Assembly: GCA_964549935.1 (NCBI GenBank)
Contig: CAZJVT010000001.1
Location: 27,922 to 91,921, forward strand
DNA length: 64,000 nt
Origin: an uncultured Candidatus Saccharibacteria bacterium
GTDB taxonomy: Bacteria > Patescibacteriota > Minisyncoccia > UBA6257 > 1-14-0-10-44-23
Reading direction: 5' to 3'
In this document: one piece after another, positions 57,838-64,000 of the stretch
Layout of the letters: each line of letters starts with the position of its first letter
How positions within the stretch are numbered: position 1 is the first letter of the stretch
Notes under the pieces: generated by a model
Databases searched by the model: none
What the model saw: the letters and a program-made list of their open reading frames with translations, nothing else
Told to the model about the DNA's origin: nothing
Made by a program: the position numbers and the translations under genes

Positions 57838-58839
57838 TTAATTATGTACGCAGTATTTACCTCGACTATCAAGATTCGCGCAGAGGGTGTAGACGAAAGC
57901 GTCCCTTTTCTCGTCGTAGCGAAGCACATACTCATATTCTTTACCGGTTATCGGGTCGAGTGTGTCTTCTGTTTCACCGCCGCCCCATAGATTTTTTAGA
58001 GCAGCGAGTTGTGCAACCGGCTTGCTTCGGTTGAGCATCATTTGTAAAGCATTTAAATCGAACATCCGGACGTAGTCTATCGGTGGTACGCCATGTAGTC
58101 GTGCTTCTTCGAGGGTCAGTTGAGTAACGGCTTTCGCGCTCATAAAATCTTTATATCGCTCAGGTAGCTGGCGTTTCAATTCGTCCAACATGTTTTCATT
58201 GACGCGCTGCTTGTATTTCTCCGTTGCTTTAGCCTGTTCTGACTTGCTGGGGGCAATTACCCATGCGAATGGTTGGCTATATTCTCCATTATAAAAACCG
58301 CCAAGCCGACGACGAATTATTCCCCATTTAACTACGTCGGTATGCGATGGCCCGTGTGTCCAGCAACCGAGACCAAGCGGGCCACATTCTAAAAAGGTTT
58401 GAACGCCTCTTTCTAGCTTGTATCCACTCGGAGAGGGCTGTTTCTGTCTGGCATCGCTTACTGTAAAGTTCTGTGCTTCTGTCCAGGAGATCGGCTCAAA
58501 GGTATTCGAGCGCATATTATAAAGTAATAGCCGCGGGTTTCTCATTAACGTCGCGCTTAGTACTTTTGATTCGTCGCGGGTTATCTTGTTATTTTCGATG
58601 GTGTACGTTGCGCCACCGTAGGCGTCATTATTTAGAGAATAAATAATACTCTCCGGGAAGGCAAAGAGACTGAAAGGGCGAATGTCGGTAGTGAAGGTTA
58701 AAAAACATAGTGCTAATACTAATAAAATACGTATAACCCCTTTTAGGCTTGATTTTGGCTTAGCACTTAGGGCTTTGTCGGTGCCAGTTTCCGCTTTTGG
58801 CTCAATGGTGTCGGCGAGATTTTTGGCAGGCTCTAACAT
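57838..58839 (-). CDS. hypothetical membrane-anchored protein (333 aa)
   Basis: N-terminal transmembrane helix (IRILLVLALCFLTF). No recognisable domain. Confidence 0.45.
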   Translation of the reverse strand: MLEPAKNLADTIEPKAETGTDKALSAKPKSSLKGVIRILLVLALCFLTFTTDIRPFSLFAFPESIIYSLNNDAYGGATYTIENNKITRDESKVLSATLMRNPRLLLYNMRSNTFEPISWTEAQNFTVSDARQKQPSPSGYKLERGVQTFLECGPLGLGCWTHGPSHTDVVKWGIIRRRLGGFYNGEYSQPFAWVIAPSKSEQAKATEKYKQRVNENMLDELKRQLPERYKDFMSAKAVTQLTLEEARLHGVPPIDYVRMFDLNALQMMLNRSKPVAQLAALKNLWGGGETEDTLDPITGKEYEYVLRYDEKRDAFVYTLCANLDSRGKYCVHN

Positions 58840-58840
58840 A

Positions 58841-59821
58841 TTAGGCGATTAGCCCGACTTTCTGGTAGGCCTCTTTGAGTTTAGCGCTGGCAACCTTGTT
58901 GGCCTTTTTGGCGCCGGAGGCGAAGACTTTCAGGGCCTTTTTCGGGTCTTTCACTAGCTCCATTTTCTTTTTACGAAACGGGGCTAGAGCGTTAACGATG
59001 ACCTCGGCGACCGCAGCTTTGAACTGGCCGTAGTTTTTGCCGGCAAACTCTGTTTCAAGAGCGGCGACGGTCTTGCCCGAGAGGGTGCTGGTAATCAAGA
59101 GGAGGTTGCTGATGCCGGGTTTGTTTGCCTCATCAAACTTAATTTCGCTGCCGGAGTCGGTAACGGCGCTCATAATTTTCTTTTTAATCATCTCCGGTTC
59201 GTCGTCTAAAAACAGGCAGCCGCTCGGTTGTGACTTGCTCATCTTCTTCATCGGGTCGGCGAGTGACATCACGCGGGGGAGCTCGGTGTGCTTTGCCTTT
59301 GGTTCGACGAAGGTTTCACCAAAACGGCCATTAAACTTTCGAGCGATGGTGCGCGTGAGTTCGAGGTGTTGGTCCTGGTCATTACCAACTGGCACAAAAG
59401 CGGCGCCGTAGAGAAGAATGTCGGCGGCCATTAGGACGGGGTAGGTAAAGAGACCCGCGTTAGTCTCCATATGGTCAGATTTGTCTTTGTATTGAGTCAT
59501 TCGCTCAAGTTCTCCCATGGGTGTGATCGTGTTAAAAATCCAAGCAAGCTCGCTGTGTGCCGGAATGGCGGATTGGATAAAGAGGGTAGACTTGCGCGGG
59601 TTGAGTCCGGCGGCGAGGTAGCTGGCGGCTAGGTCAGCAATTTGCGCGCGCTTTTCCTCCGGCGTGTAGCCTTCGGTAAGCGAGTGTAGGTCGGCAATGA
59701 AAAAGTACGGCTCGTATTCGCCGCTGTTTTGCAAATCAACAAAGTTTTTGAGAGCTCCGAGGTAGTTGCCGATGTGGAGTCGTCCTGACGGCTGGATACC
59801 GGAGATAATGACGGGTTTCAT
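58841..59821 (-). CDS. trpS: tryptophan--tRNA ligase
   Basis: ISGIQPSGRLHIGNYLGA (HIGH) and KMSKS motifs. 326 aa. Confidence 0.85.
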   Translation of the reverse strand: MKPVIISGIQPSGRLHIGNYLGALKNFVDLQNSGEYEPYFFIADLHSLTEGYTPEEKRAQIADLAASYLAAGLNPRKSTLFIQSAIPAHSELAWIFNTITPMGELERMTQYKDKSDHMETNAGLFTYPVLMAADILLYGAAFVPVGNDQDQHLELTRTIARKFNGRFGETFVEPKAKHTELPRVMSLADPMKKMSKSQPSGCLFLDDEPEMIKKKIMSAVTDSGSEIKFDEANKPGISNLLLITSTLSGKTVAALETEFAGKNYGQFKAAVAEVIVNALAPFRKKKMELVKDPKKALKVFASGAKKANKVASAKLKEAYQKVGLIA

Positions 59822-59858
59822 AGGGATAGTAGTTAGTAGACAGTAGCTAGTAGTTAGC
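59822..59858. repeat. heptamer array (AGTAGNN)x4 + AGC directly upstream of trpS start (antisense to trpS)
   Basis: agggatagtagttagtagacagtagctagtagttagc. Confidence 0.55.
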
Positions 59859-59903
59859 TATACGGATTCTAGCGTAAAAAGCTTATAAATTCTAGGGATA
59901 AGG

Positions 59904-59925
59904 AATATATCATATATGATATATT
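59904..59925. promoter_or_regulatory. perfect 22-bp AT-rich palindrome (candidate operator) in trpS promoter region
   Basis: AATATATCATATATGATATATT equals its own reverse complement. It overlaps candidate -10/-35 hexamers for the minus-strand trpS. Confidence 0.4.
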
Positions 59926-59943
59926 TTTTGTCATTTGGCGAGG

Positions 59944-59987
59944 CCCTTAAAAGGACAAACCGCCGGAACCTTGTGGGTACCGGCGGC
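59944..59987 (-). terminator. rho-independent terminator after desaturase gene
   Basis: Minus strand reads GCCGCCGGTACCCACAAGGTTCCGGCGG followed by TTTGTCCTTTT. Confidence 0.5.
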
Positions 59988-60010
59988 ACGACTCGTTGCT
60001 TGCTCCTTGG

Positions 60011-60979
60011 TTAGTTTTTTCTTGGTTTGCCCTTGAGGTTCCACGTCAGACCGACGAAAGACATCAGCCAGATGATGAGTCCGGTCGGGTCGATCGTCAG
60101 CGGGCGGCACCGGTACTGGCTAGGGTACGTGTGGTGTTCGCCGTGGTCGTGATTTTCGCCAAAGGCAATCACAGCGACTCCGGCGAGAATGAGCTGCACC
60201 CCGACGAAACCCATGCCGTAGACGAAGATGAGTACGAGCCCCGTCAACATCACCAGCATCACGAGCCAGTTCAGAACCGGCAGATTGCGCGCCGGGCCGT
60301 TCCAGTGGGCGAAGCTGTTGGTGCTAAACACCAGGTGCAGGAAGGGCGGGAGGCGGATGAAGAAAATCGGGAAGACCGCCCAAGCGTCGCCCCAGCCCCA
60401 ATAGGCGATGCCGCAGGGCAGGAGGATCGCCGAGCAGAACGCCAGGGGCAGGTAGTACTTCTCCTGCGCCCTGAAGACCCACTTCTTTTTCAGGTCAGCA
60501 ACATTCTTCGTGTTGCCCTCCACCTTGCCGATGCGACAGGGCAGCTCCCAGTGGGCGAAATAGAGCCCGATGAGCCCCGCTCCTTCTATGAAGGGATAGG
60601 CGTCGAGCTCGGTGTTCGGGTGCTTGTGGTGGTATCGGTGCTTTGCTGTCCAGCCGATGGCCGGGCCCAGCATTGCCGCGGCGCCGAAGAACAGGAAGAG
60701 TGAGAGGAACAATGGCCTTGTCTCGTACGAGCAGTGCGAGATCAGCCGGTGGTATCCACCGGTAATCGAGAATCCGCTCGCGAAGAACATGAACCAGGCC
60801 AGCCAGACTGTCTCCCGGGGGAGTTCCAGCCGGTGAGTTGCGTAGAGCCAGACCCCTAGGGCACCCATGAGATGGATGCCGTAGAGGAAGGACGTGCTCG
60901 TCCAGTTGCGCGGCAACTTCTTCAGGTCTTCGAGGGTCACCTCCCGCAACGTTTGCGCGGAGGTAGCGATGTCGCTCAT
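60011..60979 (-). CDS. membrane fatty-acid (acyl-lipid/acyl-CoA) desaturase, GC-rich, SD-bearing
   Basis: His boxes HRLISH and HRYHHKH plus transmembrane helices. GGAGAGGAGC SD sits 7 nt before the ATG. High GC3. Confidence 0.6.
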   Translation of the reverse strand: MSDIATSAQTLREVTLEDLKKLPRNWTSTSFLYGIHLMGALGVWLYATHRLELPRETVWLAWFMFFASGFSITGGYHRLISHCSYETRPLFLSLFLFFGAAAMLGPAIGWTAKHRYHHKHPNTELDAYPFIEGAGLIGLYFAHWELPCRIGKVEGNTKNVADLKKKWVFRAQEKYYLPLAFCSAILLPCGIAYWGWGDAWAVFPIFFIRLPPFLHLVFSTNSFAHWNGPARNLPVLNWLVMLVMLTGLVLIFVYGMGFVGVQLILAGVAVIAFGENHDHGEHHTYPSQYRCRPLTIDPTGLIIWLMSFVGLTWNLKGKPRKN

Positions 60980-61200
60980 CGGTAGAGCTCCTCTCCGCGT
61001 GTAGGCGGTGGTTGGGATTGATGGGAAAGAACACAAGAGAGCCTCTTTATTTTACCGCCTTTCGGTTTCAATAGATATGCTATTCTAAGCACATGGAATC
61101 CCGTTAGAAATGGGGATGTACTATCGGGTATTGCATGTTGATTAGATTACAGATTTTATGAAGCACCAAAACAGGATTAACATTTTTTATTTCTAACGGG

Positions 61201-61545
61201 ATGGAACTTACGAAAATGAAATGCATCCCGTGTGAGGTTGGCGGGACACCGCTCGTGCCGCTCGAGATTGCTAAATACGAGGCCTCGCTTAACGACTCCG
61301 AGTGGAAGATTTTATTCGATAAGCCGGAGGCGGGGAGGCTGGTTCGCTACTATGAGTTTGATGATTTTGCCGCGGCGACGGCGTTCGTCAACAAAGTTGC
61401 TGATCTGGCGGAGGAAAATGGGCATCACCCGAATATTCGGATTTACGATTGGAATAAAGTTGAGCTGGAGCTCTTTACGCACAAGATAAGCGGGCTTTCC
61501 GAGGCGGATTTTGTAATGGCGGCAAAGATTGCTATGCTTAAATAA
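61201..61545 (+). CDS. pterin-4a-carbinolamine dehydratase (PCD/DCoH)
   Basis: EENGHHPNI motif. 114 aa. Confidence 0.75.
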   Translation: MELTKMKCIPCEVGGTPLVPLEIAKYEASLNDSEWKILFDKPEAGRLVRYYEFDDFAAATAFVNKVADLAEENGHHPNIRIYDWNKVELELFTHKISGLSEADFVMAAKIAMLK

Positions 61546-61553
61546 CTACTTTA

Positions 61554-62093
61554 ATGCAACGCATCGTAGCAGCTCTGCGGTTTAACTCTTTCCTAACGCT
61601 TCTTTCTTTGTGGCTGGCGGGCACGCTGGCCCTCGGCGCTTTTTCGTACTACGACCACAGTGGAGCGACGACGATGTTTCTTTCGCCGTGGTACGCGATG
61701 GTTTACTCACTCCTGCTACTTTGCTCGACTATCTCGCTCGCGCATCAGCGCACGTTGCCGGTTGGGGGATACACAGCGATGATGGCGGTACACGGTATCC
61801 TCATCGCCAGCACATTCAATGATTTCTTATTGTTCGGTGGCGCGGTCTTCGCCGGTATCTTTCTCGACTTACTCTATGCGCGTATTTTTATGCGCCACAC
61901 CGCGTGGACATTTAAAGTTCGTATTTTTTCCGCAGCCACTCCTGCGATTCTATGGGTTGGCTACTTGGCGATGCTAATCATGCTCAAGCTGCCGGCTTGG
62001 ACACCGCTTTTCTGGATAGGATCAACGATCATCGCTGGCGCAGTTGGGTACCTTATCAGTTTCTTGATAACCCCGCCGCAAAAGAACGCCTAA
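61554..62093 (+). CDS. hypothetical polytopic membrane protein
   Basis: 179 aa with ~5 hydrophobic helices. Confidence 0.4.
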   Translation: MQRIVAALRFNSFLTLLSLWLAGTLALGAFSYYDHSGATTMFLSPWYAMVYSLLLLCSTISLAHQRTLPVGGYTAMMAVHGILIASTFNDFLLFGGAVFAGIFLDLLYARIFMRHTAWTFKVRIFSAATPAILWVGYLAMLIMLKLPAWTPLFWIGSTIIAGAVGYLISFLITPPQKNA

Positions 62094-62125
62094 ATCAAAA
62101 AGCCCCTTACGGGGCTTTTTGATTG

Positions 62126-62974
62126 TTACTCGACTATCGTTATCGTTCCGGTGTTGGCCGTGTTGTAGTTGTCGCGATACGAGTATTTCCCAGTGCTTAA
62201 TTTATTAGTATCGAGAATGTACGAGGCGCCGAGCGAGAGGACGTGCTCGCCGCCGAATGCGGCACTGTAAATTGCATGACTAATGATATCGTCGTTTGTA
62301 AATATTACAGGGCTACCTTTCGGAATCGTGATTGCATTTGGCGTAAACATTCCGCCTTTCATAGTAATCGTGTAGCTTTGGCCAAAGCTGACCGGGACGT
62401 TGGCTTCAAAGCGGACGGCGAACATAGCCCCTTGCGCATCTTTGAGCGGTTGGTCGCTGCCGGTATTTAATATCTTATTGCTGTCTGTATCCGCATAAAG
62501 AGTCGCATAGTAGATGCCGGCGGGTGAGAGCGGAATATTAATAACAACATTTTTGTGCGCACCGCGGGTCAGAATCGGGCTGTAGGCAACAACTGAACCC
62601 GGGATCTCCTTCGCTCCGTCATGAGCGACTGCGCGGATTGCAACGAACCCTGCTTTCTCAAGATTAGCGACCGCTACCGTCATCTTTGTCCCAGGTTTTT
62701 GATTCGTGACCTCCAGAGCATTCTTGACAGTTGGTGCAGTGTTCACCGGCTTAGGAACCGGCGGGAATGGAGCAGTTGACGTACTCACTGTCGGCGCAGG
62801 AGGCAGGCCCGATGCGGGCTCTTGCGGCGTACTGCTTGGACGCATTGCGAAAATAATAATGATGACAAGCGCGGCAACCAGCACACCCCAAACTAGATTT
62901 TTATTTTTCATAATAGTAATTTGTTCTTTTAGTAAGTATACGGCATAAAATGGGAGGGGCCGGTAGCCTCCCAA
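62126..62974 (-). CDS. secreted hypothetical protein, possible cupredoxin-like C-terminal domain lacking Cu ligands
   Basis: Signal anchor, a Pro-rich linker, and C-terminal ITIPKGSPVIFTNDD...HAIY. Confidence 0.35.
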   Translation of the reverse strand: MGGYRPLPFYAVYLLKEQITIMKNKNLVWGVLVAALVIIIIFAMRPSSTPQEPASGLPPAPTVSTSTAPFPPVPKPVNTAPTVKNALEVTNQKPGTKMTVAVANLEKAGFVAIRAVAHDGAKEIPGSVVAYSPILTRGAHKNVVINIPLSPAGIYYATLYADTDSNKILNTGSDQPLKDAQGAMFAVRFEANVPVSFGQSYTITMKGGMFTPNAITIPKGSPVIFTNDDIISHAIYSAAFGGEHVLSLGASYILDTNKLSTGKYSYRDNYNTANTGTITIVE

Positions 62975-63018
62975 GGAAGTGCTATCCGGCCCTTGTCGTG
63001 TTGCGGGAAGCGGGCTCG

Positions 63019-63792
63019 CTAGACGACGGCGAGGGCCTCCTTCCGAGGTGCCAGTTCGGCTCGCAGTCGCTCGAGCACCTGACCGTGGATCTGGCAGACT
63101 CGGCTCTCGGAAAGGCGAAGGGCCTTTCCGATTTCCTTCATCGTGAGGCTCTCGAAGTAGTAGAGTTCGAGGACATCACGTTCCTTGTCGAGCAGCGTGC
63201 CGAGCACGATGCTTACGGCTTCGTACTTCTGCATCTGCGCGAGAGCGTCCGGGTGGCGTTGGTCCACGAGCGAGAGGAAGCGGACGTTCTCGCGTCCGCC
63301 ATCCTCCTCGTCAACCCTCGTCGTCTCACTCAAGGAGTAGATCGCGAGACGCGCCACGTCGCGCTGAAGCGCCTCGTACTCCTCCTCCGTGATTGCGAGG
63401 TGGTCCATGATCTCGCCGGCGGTCGGGACCCGCCCGAGTCTGGCCTGCAGCTTGCGAACAGCAGTTCCGAACTTCTGCGCCCGGCTACGCACCAGGCGCG
63501 GCACCCAGTCCTTGCTGCGGAGTTCATCGATGATGCTGCCGCGGATACGGATCGAGCAGTACGTCTCGAACTTGATGTTGCGCGTGAGGTCGAACCCCTC
63601 AACCGCGTCCATCAGGCCGACTACGCCCGCGCTTCGCACCTCTTCGAGGTCCACGCACCGCGGCAGGCGTTCCGCGATTCGCTCGGCGAGGTAGTCGACG
63701 AGCGGCAGATACGCCTCGATGAGGCGGTTGCGCAAGTCGACCTCTTCGGTGCGCTTGTACTCCACCCACATCGCTTCGAGCTCCAGCGTCTT
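63019..63792 (-). CDS. FliA/WhiG-type (group 3) sigma-70 family sigma factor, GC-rich, SD-bearing
   Basis: Region 2 YLPLVDYLAERIA...GLMDAVEGFD, region 3, and region 4 LTMKEIGKALRLSESRVCQIHG. GGAAGGAGGG SD 4 nt before the ATG. Set in AT-rich noncoding flanks. Confidence 0.6.
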   Translation of the reverse strand, partial: KTLELEAMWVEYKRTEEVDLRNRLIEAYLPLVDYLAERIAERLPRCVDLEEVRSAGVVGLMDAVEGFDLTRNIKFETYCSIRIRGSIIDELRSKDWVPRLVRSRAQKFGTAVRKLQARLGRVPTAGEIMDHLAITEEEYEALQRDVARLAIYSLSETTRVDEEDGGRENVRFLSLVDQRHPDALAQMQKYEAVSIVLGTLLDKERDVLELYYFESLTMKEIGKALRLSESRVCQIHGQVLERLRAELAPRKEALAVV

Positions 63793-64000
63793 CTGCATCT
63801 CGCCCTCCTTCCGGGGTTTCCCCCTCGGCCAAGATTCCTTTTTTAGCGTACTCCTTTTTTGCGAAAGTGAAAGTTGAAAAGTCTTTGTATTTTTTGGCGA
63901 ATCATTTTTTAAAATACAAGAAAGGTTTTCAAAAATAAAAAAGTTATTCACTCTTTTTGTCAAAGTGCTCTTGTGTTGTGCGCTAGTGATGTCATTATGA

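Noticed and set aside
59996-60703. 235-aa plus-strand ORF
   Set aside because: Antisense to the desaturase. Only the minus-strand frame shows the HxxxxH / HxxHH histidine boxes.
62950-63846. 298-aa plus-strand ORF
   Set aside because: Antisense shadow ORF inside the GC-rich sigma-factor gene. The minus-strand frame has clear sigma-70 regions 2-4 and a strong SD.

Overview
The 64-kb window looks like bacterial chromosome from a small-genome, Shine-Dalgarno-poor, ~50% GC lineage; I read this as CPR/Patescibacteria-like (low confidence). It spans the replication origin neighbourhood with rpmH-rnpA-yidC-jag divergent from dnaA-dnaN, and DnaA-box clusters both upstream of dnaA and in the dnaA-dnaN spacer.

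Housekeeping content is dense: uvrD/pcrA-like helicase, rsmA, PBP1A, ruvC-yebC, ruvB, ruvA, mutM, pyrG, a Mur ligase, RNase J-like, ung, infC-rpmI-rplT, smpB plus a tmRNA found on the minus strand, argS, ileS, trpS, rpsT, tRNA-Arg(CCG), ccdA plus a thioredoxin-like protein, and two NUDIX genes.

The main accessory content is an ~12-kb co-directional operon (5.7-17.7 kb) encoding a Gram-positive/CPR-style minimal type IV secretion or DNA-translocation apparatus: a VirB4 ATPase split over two frames, a VirB6/TrbL-like polytopic protein, a PrgI/VirB3-like protein, a candidate VirB2-like pilin and several secreted proteins. An Avd-like four-helix-bundle gene flanked by TAG-rich inverted repeats is embedded in it. 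A lone PilB/GspE ATPase, a ComM-DksA pair and a lamin-tail-domain protein fit a DNA-uptake theme.

Unusual signals:
- Heptamer (AGTAGNN)3-4-AGC arrays sit exactly at gene junctions.
- A 271-bp in-frame insertion with perfect 31-bp terminal inverted repeats lies inside the Mur ligase gene.
- A complete histidine-phosphatase (PGAM-like) domain is inserted into IleS.
- An ~850-bp noncoding region holds a consensus sigma70 promoter, a perfect 25-bp inverted-repeat pair and a terminator, which could be a MITE or a structured RNA.
- At least six GC3-rich genes carry strong Shine-Dalgarno sequences (MOSC, desaturase, FliA-like sigma, three small ORFs) on a backbone that largely lacks them, consistent with acquisition from a high-GC donor.

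No CRISPR array, rRNA or integrase was seen.
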